A DNA stretch of 64,000 nucleotides from an uncultured Pseudomonadota bacterium (GCA_937885575.1 CALABO010000013.1:46438-110437), one strand, 5' to 3'. Positions 17,576 through 28,700 are shown, counted from the stretch's first letter. Notes: generated by a model not told the origin, from the sequence alone. Program-made: numbers and translations.

Positions 17576-18502
17576 AAACAGGTATAAAACATACCCCGCA
17601 TACGCAATCAAAAACAAGACACCGCCCACGCGCGACAACCGTGACCGTCGCGCCACAAAAATCATTAGCATTGTGACCGCCAACAACGCCACCAACCCGT
17701 CCATCACAAATGCGCGTTCAAAGGGCAGGGGGCTTATTGCCGCCGTCGCACCCAGGACGAACAAAATATTGAAAATATTCGACCCAACGATGTTTCCAAC
17801 CGCCATATCATATTCGTGCTTTAATGCCGCCGTAACACACACGACCAATTCCGGCAAACTGGTCCCCAACGCCACAAGTGTAAGTCCGATTACGCGTTCG
17901 GAAACGCCGATACGCACTGCGATATCTGTTGCGGAATCAACGGTTAGGTTGCTGCCGATAACAAGTGCGGCGATGCCGGCGACAATCATAACTATTGTTT
18001 CAACCATCGGAATTTTTCTGTATTCTTCTGCGGGTTCGTTTGATTTTTTTGCGATAAAGATTGTGTAAATTATAAATCCAATAAACAGTGTCAAAAACAT
18101 AGCCCCCGCCCCGCGCGAAATTTCCCCAAACCACAGGCCAATTAAACAGAGCATTAAAGTTATAATCCCAACAAACGGCAATTCAAAGAACTTTGTATTC
18201 TGGCGAATTGGCAACGCGGCGATAACGGCGGTAAGGCCAAGTATAAGAAAGATATTTGTAATATTACTGCCGATTATATTCCCGATTGACACGCCGTCCG
18301 AACCGGCGATTGCGGCGGTGATGCTTATTGCGGCCTCTGGCGCACTGGTGCCGATGGCGACAAGCGTTGTTCCAATTATAATCGGCGGAATGCCAAAGCG
18401 CCGCGCAACACCCGCCGCGCTGTCAACGAAAGTGTCTGCCCCGCGCACCAGCAACACAAAACCGACGACTAATAAAACAAAAGATATCAACATGTAAAAC
18501 AT
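17570..18502 (-). CDS. Ca2+/Na+ antiporter, YrbG/CaCA family
   Basis: 310 aa, polytopic, with two alpha-repeats (GTSAPE and GTSLPE). Confidence 0.85.
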   Translation of the reverse strand: MFYMLISFVLLVVGFVLLVRGADTFVDSAAGVARRFGIPPIIIGTTLVAIGTSAPEAAISITAAIAGSDGVSIGNIIGSNITNIFLILGLTAVIAALPIRQNTKFFELPFVGIITLMLCLIGLWFGEISRGAGAMFLTLFIGFIIYTIFIAKKSNEPAEEYRKIPMVETIVMIVAGIAALVIGSNLTVDSATDIAVRIGVSERVIGLTLVALGTSLPELVVCVTAALKHEYDMAVGNIVGSNIFNILFVLGATAAISPLPFERAFVMDGLVALLAVTMLMIFVARRSRLSRVGGVLFLIAYAGYVLYLFL

Positions 18503-18579
18503 CTTATCATAAAAACACTTTGTTTATAACAATTTTTATGATAAAATATAGGGAACAAAAACGAAGGGGGAATTCTATC

Positions 18580-21500
18580 ATGCCGATAAATCAAAATGTA
18601 GATAAAAAAGAAGCACAAAAAATGTATGATAAAGAGGTTGCGCGCTTTGCAAAGCGAATTGCCGCGGCATACAGCAGTGACAAGATTCGGCTTGTTACGT
18701 CACGCAATGCCCGTCGTGCGGTGCTTTTGCATGATATTGATGCGATAAATGACATTATCAAAGATATTCCCAATATGCCTGCCGGTTTTCAGTCGGATTT
18801 CTGTGATGCATTTATCGGCGAAGATATGGCGGGACTGGACCTGGCAACGCCCGCAATTTTAGGATATGCGTACCGCGCCATTTCTGCGCGTGCGGCCGGG
18901 GGTGAACCGGGGCAACAAGACCGCCTTGATAAACTTGCGGCGCGCATCGACGATTTGTCGGCGGATTTTGCAAATTCCGGTGGTATGGTTGTTCGTCAAA
19001 ATGAATGGCCGCTGATAAATATGACAAATATCGCCAACGAAAATGAAGATTTTAGCATTATGCTTGATGCGCGTATGTCGGATGTTGACGGTGCAAAAAA
19101 AGCCGAAATGGCCGCGAATAAAGAGCATGCAGATATAGTCGCCCAAAATTATGATGAGGCATGGAATCTGGATAATCTGAATCCCGAAGATGTTGATAAA
19201 CTGGCCGACCGCGCGGATGAAGTTTATGAAGTTTTGCATGATGCGACCATTCGTGAAGATGTAATGAAGAAACTCGCAAAGGTCAAAATGCTTGATGCCA
19301 AGGGGCGGGTAATACCACAATTTGCATCCGGAAAACGTGGCGACTATGACGAATATGAAAACTATGAACCTGGTTTTGAAATTTTGCACGATAGTCGTTA
19401 TGAATCAATTGCTGAACTTGTGGAACATGATATTGCGAAAAGGTACATCGCAGATGTTAATGCCGAGATTGATAAAGATACAATTGAAGACGAATTTAAT
19501 GAAACAATCTTAATAAAGTTATACGAAATTTACGCTGCGGACCAGATTGTTCGTGGCGCGGCCGAAACCCCAGAACAATTTGATGACCCGAAATTTCGTA
19601 AAGAGTTTGAAAAAATGCTTGAACCTGACGGTGATGGCGTTGAAATTTCTGATAACGGGTATAATGTTGCAATCGAAACGCAAACCGATGCAACCGTGGG
19701 TTGGTTCGCGCGTCTAAGAAGAAAAATCGGTGGCGATGGCAAGAAACTTGAAAAACTTTGGAAAAAGTTAAACCGTTCACTTGAACGCGTCGATGATATG
19801 GCGGATGTTCGTATGTCGCGTGCGGCGGTAGAGCGGCGCAAAAAACGTCGTAATTTTGCCGGACGTGTCTTAATCGGATTCACCAGTTCGTTTATCGCAA
19901 GTGCGTTTATAACCGTAAGTGCGACCGCGGCGGCGGCAAGGCTGGGCAAATCACTCGCGTGGGGGTCTGTTTACGTCGGTGGTGGTGCGGCGCTTGGAAT
20001 TATGGGATTCCAGATTGCGCGTTGGATACGAAACCAGAAAAAGAATAATCTGCCGGTTAGTTGGGAAGAATTCAAAAAAAATAAACAACTTGTGCGGTCG
20101 CTTATGACCAGTGGCCTTGCGATTGTCGCCATGGTTCTTAGTGCCCTTGGCTTGGCGGGTGTTGGAATGGCCGTTGGTATCGGTGCCGCGGCACTTGGTG
20201 CATATAATAATGGTCGTGGCGTATTCGAAGCGGCGCGTGATGTTAAAATGTCGCGTCGTCAAAGAATCGCATGGACGATTGCAAATGTTGCATCAGTTAT
20301 CTTCGGTGCGCTCGGCGGGAAAAGTTTCGCCCAGTGGGGCATTGGTAAATATAATGAATGGAATCCAGGTAATAAGTGGTTCAATAATAAAACTGCGGTT
20401 CCGGGTGAACCTAAAAAGGTCTCGGACGAAATCACCCATGAAAGGACAATTATGCATTATCCGGATAAAATGTTGCAAAGTGCAAAGGATGCTGTTGAGG
20501 GTTGGTATGCGCACGATTATCCAAATCATCCGGAAATTTTGCAACAGGATATCGATGCCGTAAATCAATATAATCTGGATCACGATACAAACCTTGATCC
20601 GTATCGTATATTGCGAGCAATGAAAATATCACAACCGTCGCGTTTGGCGTACACACCTGCATGGAGTGACACGTACAATGTCCCGCAAGAATTGATTTCT
20701 CAGGCGGCACATGCGGTTGGGGGCGGTGTCTATGATCCCGCCGGTATGGAGGCAGCCAAATTCCTGGATGCAAACTATCTCGGTGAATCCGGAAATGTTG
20801 GCGATGTCCCCATGGGGCATACAATAAACAAAACTTATTCTCCGATTACGGAATTGCCGACCCAAACCACCGAAACTGTGATTGATCAGCCGGCGCGTTA
20901 TGAATCAACGGGTTATGACGTTAGGACAGAACCTGTTGGTGTAAATGCGGGTTACGGTGCATTTGGAAACTATCCAAGACGCGACCGCGCGTCCGCTAAA
21001 ACGACGGTCGGGGACAAGGTTGCATTATTGCATGATCGTATTGGTTCGTTCCTTGATCGGGTTCGTCGTAATCGTCAAAATGAATCTGTGTCAGAAGATG
21101 TTCCACTGGTTGTTCACGATGATGAACTGAAAGATGAAGTGCCACCGATTGTCTTGGATAAACGGGATGAAGAATTGCGTATCCCAGAGGGAAAGACCAC
21201 ATCGCCGGCGCGCCAAAAGGAATATGTGGCACCAGTGGTCAATTTATCACAAACGCAACAGGTGCCCGATTTGCGCTTAAAAGATATGCCGGTTGCGTTG
21301 CCGGATCCCGAAAGCCGGAAATATGAACCATATTATGATTTCGCATTGACCGAAGCGCAGGCCGAACGTTGGAATAATTTGCATAAACAACTTGCGACCA
21401 TTCGTGCAGAAATGAAAAGTCGGTCCACGCGCGCAGATAAATTCCTTAAACTCCGTAAACAGGCAAATCGCCTTACTGATGAAATAAATTCGTTTACGGC

Positions 21501-22695
21501 GGAACTTGGAAACCCAACCGTATTTCAGGTAGAACAGGCGTTGGCTGAAATTGAACGTCGCAAAAAGTTAAAGGATTTGATCGCGCAATACGAACGTCAT
21601 ACGCGTAACGAACCTTCTGGGGACAATGTACCAAAATGGCGTGTCCAAAAATGGGAAGAAGAACTGTCAAAATTAGTTGATAAAATCGAGGCCCTTGGTG
21701 GTGCGGATTCGTTGGATGATTCTAACCTTCGGTTTGCGGCACCAACCCTTGGGCGATTTGAACAAAAACAGGCAGAAGTCGCCCAGCGCGAGAAAGAAAG
21801 ACAAGAACAAAAGCGTGATGTTTTTGTGATGCCGATGCGCGAACAACCAAAAGAAGTGGAAGAACGGCGTTCAACAGAACCTGAAGAGAAAAAGCAAGAT
21901 ACTAACGTTTCATCGAGACCGTTTGATTTTGAACATCAAAAACCAATGTTAAAGTCATTTATGTTGAAAAATTTGATTACTTATCCATTGATGGATGTGC
22001 GCGGGGTCCCGGTTAAACTTTTGGATTTGACGGGTAATGGTAACCCTGTTATGAAAAGTGACGAACATGCAATTGTTGTGGTTGATGTTGATGGATTGCG
22101 TATACCATTTTTCCGTGCCAATGGTGACGAAGAAAGAAATTTGTTAAATCCTGGGTTGCTAATCCCGGGAAATTGGTATCCGGTATTTAGTATAGCAAAT
22201 GATGGTGAACTGTTTATCGGGCCAACATTGGATTATTTGAACAGAATACATAGCGATAAAGAAGAGGTTCGTCTGGCGGCCAAAATTCGATACCTTAATG
22301 AAATAGCCAAAAAATTGGATGCACAAATTGGTAATATAGCCGCTGATGAACAAATTGACGGAAAAAAGCTTATTAAAATTGTAGACCATCAACCAAAACA
22401 ACCGTTGAATACGGATATGCCCAGATTGTTTTGGGGCGGAATAGGCTGTTTAAGTTCGGCATTGCGGGATGTTAAATGGTTTTTCAATAACGTACGTTCG
22501 ATCGATTATACCAAAGAACAAGAAAAACAAGAATGGCGCGAGGAACGTGATGAAAATCGTCGTGAAAATCGTAACTTTCGTCATCAAAAGTGGCAAGGAT
22601 TTGTTTCCGGTATTGGTAATGCTGCCGGGCGCGCCATTGATAGTGTTCGTGGACGTTTCTTTGGATGGGACGAAGATTCAAATGAATACGAATAA
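18580..22695 (+). CDS. Giant hypothetical membrane protein (1371 aa)
   Basis: ATG 18580 with an AAGGGGG RBS. A central cluster of hydrophobic helices is flanked by long charged / coiled regions. No catalytic motif recognised. Confidence 0.7.
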   Translation: MPINQNVDKKEAQKMYDKEVARFAKRIAAAYSSDKIRLVTSRNARRAVLLHDIDAINDIIKDIPNMPAGFQSDFCDAFIGEDMAGLDLATPAILGYAYRAISARAAGGEPGQQDRLDKLAARIDDLSADFANSGGMVVRQNEWPLINMTNIANENEDFSIMLDARMSDVDGAKKAEMAANKEHADIVAQNYDEAWNLDNLNPEDVDKLADRADEVYEVLHDATIREDVMKKLAKVKMLDAKGRVIPQFASGKRGDYDEYENYEPGFEILHDSRYESIAELVEHDIAKRYIADVNAEIDKDTIEDEFNETILIKLYEIYAADQIVRGAAETPEQFDDPKFRKEFEKMLEPDGDGVEISDNGYNVAIETQTDATVGWFARLRRKIGGDGKKLEKLWKKLNRSLERVDDMADVRMSRAAVERRKKRRNFAGRVLIGFTSSFIASAFITVSATAAAARLGKSLAWGSVYVGGGAALGIMGFQIARWIRNQKKNNLPVSWEEFKKNKQLVRSLMTSGLAIVAMVLSALGLAGVGMAVGIGAAALGAYNNGRGVFEAARDVKMSRRQRIAWTIANVASVIFGALGGKSFAQWGIGKYNEWNPGNKWFNNKTAVPGEPKKVSDEITHERTIMHYPDKMLQSAKDAVEGWYAHDYPNHPEILQQDIDAVNQYNLDHDTNLDPYRILRAMKISQPSRLAYTPAWSDTYNVPQELISQAAHAVGGGVYDPAGMEAAKFLDANYLGESGNVGDVPMGHTINKTYSPITELPTQTTETVIDQPARYESTGYDVRTEPVGVNAGYGAFGNYPRRDRASAKTTVGDKVALLHDRIGSFLDRVRRNRQNESVSEDVPLVVHDDELKDEVPPIVLDKRDEELRIPEGKTTSPARQKEYVAPVVNLSQTQQVPDLRLKDMPVALPDPESRKYEPYYDFALTEAQAERWNNLHKQLATIRAEMKSRSTRADKFLKLRKQANRLTDEINSFTAELGNPTVFQVEQALAEIERRKKLKDLIAQYERHTRNEPSGDNVPKWRVQKWEEELSKLVDKIEALGGADSLDDSNLRFAAPTLGRFEQKQAEVAQREKERQEQKRDVFVMPMREQPKEVEERRSTEPEEKKQDTNVSSRPFDFEHQKPMLKSFMLKNLITYPLMDVRGVPVKLLDLTGNGNPVMKSDEHAIVVVDVDGLRIPFFRANGDEERNLLNPGLLIPGNWYPVFSIANDGELFIGPTLDYLNRIHSDKEEVRLAAKIRYLNEIAKKLDAQIGNIAADEQIDGKKLIKIVDHQPKQPLNTDMPRLFWGGIGCLSSALRDVKWFFNNVRSIDYTKEQEKQEWREERDENRRENRNFRHQKWQGFVSGIGNAAGRAIDSVRGRFFGWDEDSNEYE

Positions 22696-22724
22696 AAACA
22701 TGGGGCACAGCCCCATGTTTTTTG
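22696..22724 (+). terminator. Intrinsic terminator
   Basis: aacatgggg-caca-ccccatgtt followed by ttttg. Confidence 0.8.
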
Positions 22725-22732
22725 TTCATGGT

Positions 22733-22766
22733 TACCCCACTAACCACTAACACTTATCACTAACAC
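22733..22766. repeat. Right-arm fragment of the palindromic repeat family
   Basis: Sequence taccccactaaccactaacacttatcactaacac. Confidence 0.7.
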
Positions 22767-22811
22767 TTTTATGTTTCTTATCACAAAAATTTATGATATA
22801 ATACAACCGTT

Positions 22812-23765
22812 ATGAGAAGTAGGATTTTATCTTTTGTCGCTGTTTTATGCGGGCTTTCTGCGGGCACGGCGTTTGCAAATTGGCAATACAGCGGCGGATA
22901 CCTTTATGATTCGGGTTACGGCGATAACGGTTCGCGCGCAACAATATCGATACGTGGTGGCGCGTCACTTGCGTTTTCCAAAATAAAGAACGAGGTTGGG
23001 TCGATAATATATTCATATTGCGTTGACCCCGAAACGGGCGCTGTGTTCCCGACCGATGACACGGGCAGTTGTAATTCATACAGTGGTGCGGAATACGCAG
23101 GAACCGGGTCGCTTGGGGCATTGGGCGCGGAAAATATGGCTGAAATTGGTTTCGCGGCGGGCGCAAGTATCGGTTGGGTTTTGCCAAACACGCCACAGTG
23201 GCGCCTGGAACTGGGGTGGGATCATTTTGCCAAGGTTGATTATAACCATTCACCATTATTTTCAGGCAACATGCCACTTTCCGAAGGGTATTCCGTGCAT
23301 GTAGATAGTGGCAGTGTTCAATCCACAATAACGACCGACATCATAAGTTTTATGGCATTTTATGATTTCTTTGACGGAATCCAAAAACCGATTCGGACGA
23401 TGATTCCGTATATCGGTTTGGGCTTTGGCTACGCCGATACGCAAACAGTTATGAATTTGGCCGACCCATGGGGCGATTTATCCGAAGTCGAAGATTTAAC
23501 CAATTTTGGAACCATGAATGGAAACGGGGTTTTACAATTTAATCGTTCAACAACAAATACAACAAATGTCGCGGGTCTTGCGGCACTTGGAATTTCGTTT
23601 GGAATCGATGAAAATATATTTATCGATTTCGGGTTACGTGCGGCGTATTTACCGCGCGTAAAATATACACTTGTAAATTCTGATGATACGCGTCGTCTTG
23701 ATTGGTTTAGTGCGAAAAACTTGATATACGCAAATGTTATGTTGGGACTGCGTGTTGAATTTTAG
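22812..23765 (+). CDS. Outer-membrane beta-barrel protein
   Basis: Signal peptide ..LSAGTAFA, alternating beta-strand pattern, and terminal ..LGLRVEF. Confidence 0.75.
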   Translation: MRSRILSFVAVLCGLSAGTAFANWQYSGGYLYDSGYGDNGSRATISIRGGASLAFSKIKNEVGSIIYSYCVDPETGAVFPTDDTGSCNSYSGAEYAGTGSLGALGAENMAEIGFAAGASIGWVLPNTPQWRLELGWDHFAKVDYNHSPLFSGNMPLSEGYSVHVDSGSVQSTITTDIISFMAFYDFFDGIQKPIRTMIPYIGLGFGYADTQTVMNLADPWGDLSEVEDLTNFGTMNGNGVLQFNRSTTNTTNVAGLAALGISFGIDENIFIDFGLRAAYLPRVKYTLVNSDDTRRLDWFSAKNLIYANVMLGLRVEF

Positions 23766-25288
23766 TTCTTTAATTTAACGCCATATTTTCCGCGGTTTAT
23801 TGGGCGGTACGAAATCGCTTCGGCCAAATCATCCATCGTGATATCGTTGCCCCCGCGCAGGTCCGCAATCGTTCGCGCAATACGTTTAATACGATTATAT
23901 CCGCGCGCCGACATTCCCATCTTTTCCGCCGCATTATTTAGGAATGTTGTAAGTTCGTCACTTAAAACGACATATTTTTCCAAATCCGCCCCGTCCAGCA
24001 ATGCGTTCACATACCCTTGGCGCGTGATTTGGCGTGCACGGGCGGCAACCACACGTGCGCGTATAGTTTCGCTTGATTCCGATGGCAAATTACTTTTCAT
24101 TTCCCATGGATTGACCGGGTCAACATCAACATGTAAATCAATACGGTCAAGCAATGGCCCCGAAATCTTATTCTGGTACGCTTCGGCACACCGGGGGGCG
24201 CGGGAACAGGACAGGGCGGCGTTGCCCAAATGCCCGCACGGACACGGATTCATCGCGGCAATAAGTTGGAATCGCGCGGGATATGTTGCATTGCGTTTTG
24301 CGCGCGAAATCATAATCTTGCCTGATTCCATCGGTTGCCGCAATATTTCCAATGTCGCGCGATTAAATTCCGGCAATTCGTCCAAAAACAAAACGCCATT
24401 ATGCGCAAGTGATATTTCACCGGGCCGCGCATCCGAACCCCCGCCCGCAAGTGAAACCGGACTTGAAGTGTGATGCACACTGCGGAACGGGCGCCGCGAC
24501 ATCAGTGTTTTATTGTCCAATTTCCCCGCGATGGAGTAAATTATCGATGTTTCCAAAACTTCATCGGCGGTCATTTCCGGCATAATCGTGGGAAGCCGTG
24601 ATGCCAGCATCGTTTTCCCCGATCCCGGTGGCCCAACCATCAACATTGCATGCCCGCCCGCCGCCGCGATTTCCAGGGCCCTTTTCGCCGCCGCCTGGCC
24701 ATGTACTTCGGCCATATCGGCACCAAGATTCGCGGTTTCCATATGCGCCGCCGGCAAATCCGGCAACAAAAGTGGATTTTTCCCATTAAAATGATTGATA
24801 AGTTCCAAAACATGAAACGGCGCAAGCACATCGTTTTGCCCGGCCCAGCGCGCTTCGGCCCCTTGGTCGCCCGGACATATTATGCCGAATCCGTTTTTCT
24901 TGGCCCACACGCCCGCCGCCAAGACCCCGTTTGTCTTTGCAACCGCGCCGTTAAGGCCAACCTCGCCAATAATAATGTATTTCGATAATTTGTCTTCGGG
25001 CAAAATGTCGAATGCGCAAAGTATCCCACACAATATCGGCAAATCAAAATGCGCGCCACTTTTTTCGACATCCGCCGGCGAAAGGTTCACCGTCAACCGC
25101 TTTGGTGGTAATTGCAGGCCCAACGCCGAAAGTACATTTACAATGCGTTCCGCAGATTCTTTGACCGCGCGGTCGGCAAGCCCGATAATTTTGAAGTCAG
25201 GTTTCCCAAGACCCGCGGAAATTTGCACCTGGACATCAATTTTTATCGCATCCATCCCGTTAAAAATAATAGAAGCCAAAGAAATCAT
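23762..25288 (-). CDS. comM: Mg-chelatase-like AAA+ protein YifB/ComM
   Basis: 508 aa. Walker A GPPGSGKT, Walker B LFLDELPEF, and an N-terminal Lon-like domain. Confidence 0.9.
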   Translation of the reverse strand: MISLASIIFNGMDAIKIDVQVQISAGLGKPDFKIIGLADRAVKESAERIVNVLSALGLQLPPKRLTVNLSPADVEKSGAHFDLPILCGILCAFDILPEDKLSKYIIIGEVGLNGAVAKTNGVLAAGVWAKKNGFGIICPGDQGAEARWAGQNDVLAPFHVLELINHFNGKNPLLLPDLPAAHMETANLGADMAEVHGQAAAKRALEIAAAGGHAMLMVGPPGSGKTMLASRLPTIMPEMTADEVLETSIIYSIAGKLDNKTLMSRRPFRSVHHTSSPVSLAGGGSDARPGEISLAHNGVLFLDELPEFNRATLEILRQPMESGKIMISRAKRNATYPARFQLIAAMNPCPCGHLGNAALSCSRAPRCAEAYQNKISGPLLDRIDLHVDVDPVNPWEMKSNLPSESSETIRARVVAARARQITRQGYVNALLDGADLEKYVVLSDELTTFLNNAAEKMGMSARGYNRIKRIARTIADLRGGNDITMDDLAEAISYRPINRGKYGVKLKN

Positions 25289-25333
25289 GGTTTTTGTATT
25301 ATATACTTGCCATAATTGAATTCAAGTCCTAAA

Positions 25334-26248
25334 ATGCAAAACGCAAAATTGACAAAGAAAGGAAAGAAAATGTTAAAAAAGCCCAAAAATCGCCTGCGCG
25401 AATGGTTTGATACTCTGTTTTATGGAATACTTATCGCCATCGGTTTCCGCAGTTTGTTCCTTGAACCGTTTAATATCCCGTCGGGGTCTATGATACCGAC
25501 ACTGCACATCGGTGACCATATTTTTATCACCAAATGGTCATACGGGTATTCGCGGTATTCTTTCCCGTTTGGTTCTTGGCACTTGTGGAACGGGCGGATT
25601 TTCAAAACTATGCCAAAGGTTGGCGATGTTATCGTTTTCCGTAATCCAAAAAATGAATCACTGGATTATGTAAAACGCCTGATTGGCCTGCCGGGTGATA
25701 CGATTCAAATGCGCGAAGGCCGCCTGTATATCAACGGCGAAATGGTTGAACGGCGCGACCCGCGGCCCTATGTCGTTGCGGTTTTGCCACGTTCCCTGCG
25801 CAGCACCGGGTATTACTATGAAAATATGCAGGTTCGCGGGAACAAGATTTATGTCGATGGTGCGCCGGCTGACTTTAATTATACAATTGAATATCGCGCC
25901 GACCATGTTTGCCGCACTACGCCGGGCCTTTGTGGCGTTTTCCCCGCTACGGAATATACCGAGGTTTTACCAAACGGCGTCGAACACAGCATAATTGAAT
26001 ACACCGACGATGGGCCAATGGATAATACGATGGAATACCTTGTGCCGGAAAATCATTTGTTCTTTATGGGCGACAACCGCGACAACAGTAACGACAGCCG
26101 TGCGGATGTTGGATTTGTTCCGGTTGAAAATATGCTTGGGCGCGTCTGGTTTGTGTGGTATTCACATAATTACGCGTCACCAATGGTTGCATTTTGGAAT
26201 TGGAATGCTAAAATGCGCTGGAACAGATTTGGCAAAGGCATAAAATAA
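25334..26248 (+). CDS. lepB: Signal peptidase I
   Basis: Contains ..IPSGSMIPTL.., ..YVKRLIGLPGD.. and ..GDNRDNSNDSR... The start is ambiguous (ATG 25334 or 25370). Confidence 0.9.
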   Translation: MQNAKLTKKGKKMLKKPKNRLREWFDTLFYGILIAIGFRSLFLEPFNIPSGSMIPTLHIGDHIFITKWSYGYSRYSFPFGSWHLWNGRIFKTMPKVGDVIVFRNPKNESLDYVKRLIGLPGDTIQMREGRLYINGEMVERRDPRPYVVAVLPRSLRSTGYYYENMQVRGNKIYVDGAPADFNYTIEYRADHVCRTTPGLCGVFPATEYTEVLPNGVEHSIIEYTDDGPMDNTMEYLVPENHLFFMGDNRDNSNDSRADVGFVPVENMLGRVWFVWYSHNYASPMVAFWNWNAKMRWNRFGKGIK

Positions 26249-26250
26249 AA

Positions 26251-26895
26251 ATGAAATTGAATTATAAATTCAAAGATAAATCGTTGTTGGAACTTGCGCT
26301 GACACAGCGTGGCGTGAACAGTCGCCATAACAACGAACGCCTTGAATTCGTGGGTGACCGCGTATTGGGACTAAGTGTCGCGGCCATGCTTTACGCGATG
26401 TATCCGAACGAAAACGAAGGCGAACTTGCGCGGCGCTTTGCATCGCTGGTATCGACGGAAACATTGGCGGATGTCGCGCGGTCTTTTGATTTGCATAAAG
26501 AGGTTCGGCACAGTCACATGACCGCCGGGCGCACGCGTCACATGCTTGCCAACGCGATGGAGGCGGTAATCGGTGCAATATTCTTTGATGGTGGTTTTGA
26601 TAATGCGCAACGCTTTGTGTGCGGCATTTGGCATGATTTGGCCGCCGCGGAACTAAGGCCGCCAAAGGACCCAAAAACAATGCTCCAAGAATTCGTGCAG
26701 AAAAATGCCGATGGCGCGTTGCCGGTCTATACGGATACCGAGAAAACCGGCGAAGACCACAGCCCGGTGTTCACCGTGACTGTCACTGCCATGGGCGAAA
26801 GTGCAAGTGGCGACGGCCCGTCTAAAAAAGCCGCAGGTTCCGCCGCCGCCGCGGAATTGTTAAAAATACTTGCGGCCAAGAAAAATGATGATTAA
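26251..26895 (+). CDS. rnc: Ribonuclease III
   Basis: ..ERLEFVGDRVLG.. signature plus a C-terminal dsRBD. Confidence 0.92.
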   Translation: MKLNYKFKDKSLLELALTQRGVNSRHNNERLEFVGDRVLGLSVAAMLYAMYPNENEGELARRFASLVSTETLADVARSFDLHKEVRHSHMTAGRTRHMLANAMEAVIGAIFFDGGFDNAQRFVCGIWHDLAAAELRPPKDPKTMLQEFVQKNADGALPVYTDTEKTGEDHSPVFTVTVTAMGESASGDGPSKKAAGSAAAAELLKILAAKKNDD

Positions 26896-26922
26896 AATAT
26901 TGCAAAAATAAAAGGATAAAAT

Positions 26923-27300
26923 ATGTTTTCAATTTTGTTGGTATTACTGATAATCGTTGCGGTATTTATGACCGGAATTATTTTGCTGCAGAAATCAGAG
27001 GGCAGTGGCATGTCCGGTTCGTCCGCGGCATCTATGTTTGGCGGCGCGCTGACCGGTGCGGCTGCTGGGAATTTTTTAACGAAACTGACCACATGGCTTG
27101 CGATAATCTTTTTCGTGTTGTGTGCGGCATTGGCGATTGTGTCGTCCAAAACCGCAAGTAATACGCAAAGCGAACTTCGCACGGAACTTGCGGCGGATGA
27201 ATTGGCAAACGAACCAACCCCCACACCCGACGCGACCGGTGACACAACGCCCGCCGAACCGGTTCAAACAACCGATGCCCCGGCAGAAGCACAAAATTAA
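26923..27300 (+). CDS. secG: Preprotein translocase subunit SecG
   Basis: Contains ..LLQKSEGSGMSG.. and two TM helices, followed by a low-complexity tail. Confidence 0.85.
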   Translation: MFSILLVLLIIVAVFMTGIILLQKSEGSGMSGSSAASMFGGALTGAAAGNFLTKLTTWLAIIFFVLCAALAIVSSKTASNTQSELRTELAADELANEPTPTPDATGDTTPAEPVQTTDAPAEAQN

Positions 27301-27312
27301 TAGAATTACATA

Positions 27313-27344
27313 AAAAAACGCCCCGTTCGGGGCGTTTGTTTTAT
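27313..27344. terminator. Bidirectional intrinsic terminator
   Basis: aaaaaaacgccccg-ttcg-gggcgtttgtttt, located between convergent genes. Confidence 0.8.
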
Positions 27345-28612
27345 ATTCTAACCGGACTATTACGCATAATTTCTGTTTGTCGTTGCCGTGCCGCATTCAG
27401 GTCTTCTTCAATTTGTTTGATATCGACGGCATTTTCTAAATCATTTTCTACGACTTCCTGCAAACCTTTTGCTTTCTTTATCGGCAATTCGCGTTCTTCG
27501 GCGCGCTTTTTAAACGCCGTCAAGAACAATTTAATTTTACCTTTAAGGAAATCAATCGTTGACATCAAATTAGAACTTTCCCGTAACAATTTTGCTTTAT
27601 CGTCTTCTAATTGTGAGATTTTCATATTCGCTTCGTACAACTGACGATTCGCGTCCGAATAAGACTTGCGCAAACCGCCCAATTCTTTTTCCATCGCATT
27701 ATATTGTGGGCGCATTTCGGCAAGTTTTATTTCCGCTTGGTCTGCATATTGTTGAACATAGTTTCCATTTGAAACATCAAGTATCTTGTCCATATCAAAT
27801 TCACGTGCTAACTCATCCGCCACAGATTGCGCTTTTTCAACATCTTCCTTGGTTTGACCGCCTTGTCCTGTTTTTGCCATAAAGTCCACAATCACAACAA
27901 TTTGCCGTGCAATACGTGGTATAGTACCGGCTTCAAACGACTTAATGGTATCCATGTTTGGCGATACACCGCCCTTAGGATTGATTTCTTGTTTCAACTT
28001 GGCCTTTGTTATCGCGGCCAAATCGTTTAATTTTTTCTTGGCATCATCTATGGAACCAATAAATTCCGATTCATCGTTATATTCCCCCATTATGTTATAC
28101 CTTGAATCAACGTAACGGTCCAACCATTTATACACATCGTACGGCGTTGACAAGGGGTTTAAAGCTAATTCACGGGCCACAACAGCATTGTTATGATCGT
28201 ACTCTCTATCAATTCTTCGCAACAATTCGTAACTATTTTGTAGATTTATAACCTTACGTTCTTTTGTTTTTATGGCATCCAGTACAACTTTGGTATATTC
28301 ATCAAGTTTCTGTTGCGGAACTTTTTCATCTGTAAACGCGTTATCAAACGCCGTCAGAACTTGTACGGTATACAGGAAATTCTTGGCGTCCGATGTTCCC
28401 GCCGCTTGCGCCCTGGCTATTTCTGCGTACAATTCTTGCAATTCTGGTGTTTTAATTTGATGTTTATGTTCTTCATACCATTCAAAAAATTTCTGTGGTG
28501 TTTTAGAGGCCTTAGACCAAAAGAAATTATTTCCCCAACCGTACGGATCATTTTTAAATGCGGCAAAATATTTTTCCAAAAATTCATCGACACTCATATA
28601 TTTTTCCATCAA
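27341..28612 (-). CDS. Hypothetical coiled-coil protein (423 aa)
   Basis: Long ORF whose C-terminal third is heptad-rich. No motif recognised. Confidence 0.6.
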   Translation of the reverse strand: MMEKYMSVDEFLEKYFAAFKNDPYGWGNNFFWSKASKTPQKFFEWYEEHKHQIKTPELQELYAEIARAQAAGTSDAKNFLYTVQVLTAFDNAFTDEKVPQQKLDEYTKVVLDAIKTKERKVINLQNSYELLRRIDREYDHNNAVVARELALNPLSTPYDVYKWLDRYVDSRYNIMGEYNDESEFIGSIDDAKKKLNDLAAITKAKLKQEINPKGGVSPNMDTIKSFEAGTIPRIARQIVVIVDFMAKTGQGGQTKEDVEKAQSVADELAREFDMDKILDVSNGNYVQQYADQAEIKLAEMRPQYNAMEKELGGLRKSYSDANRQLYEANMKISQLEDDKAKLLRESSNLMSTIDFLKGKIKLFLTAFKKRAEERELPIKKAKGLQEVVENDLENAVDIKQIEEDLNAARQRQTEIMRNSPVRI

Positions 28613-28667
28613 AAACTCCTTTTGTCCTGTAGAATTATATCATAAAAAAGCCAATTTCAAAATAAAA

Positions 28668-28700
28668 ACGCCGCGCAAGGCGACGTTTTCATTTTTATCC
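28668..28700 (-). terminator. Intrinsic terminator downstream of tRNA-Arg
   Basis: Minus strand reads aacgtcgccttgcgcggcgtt followed by tttatttt. Confidence 0.6.
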
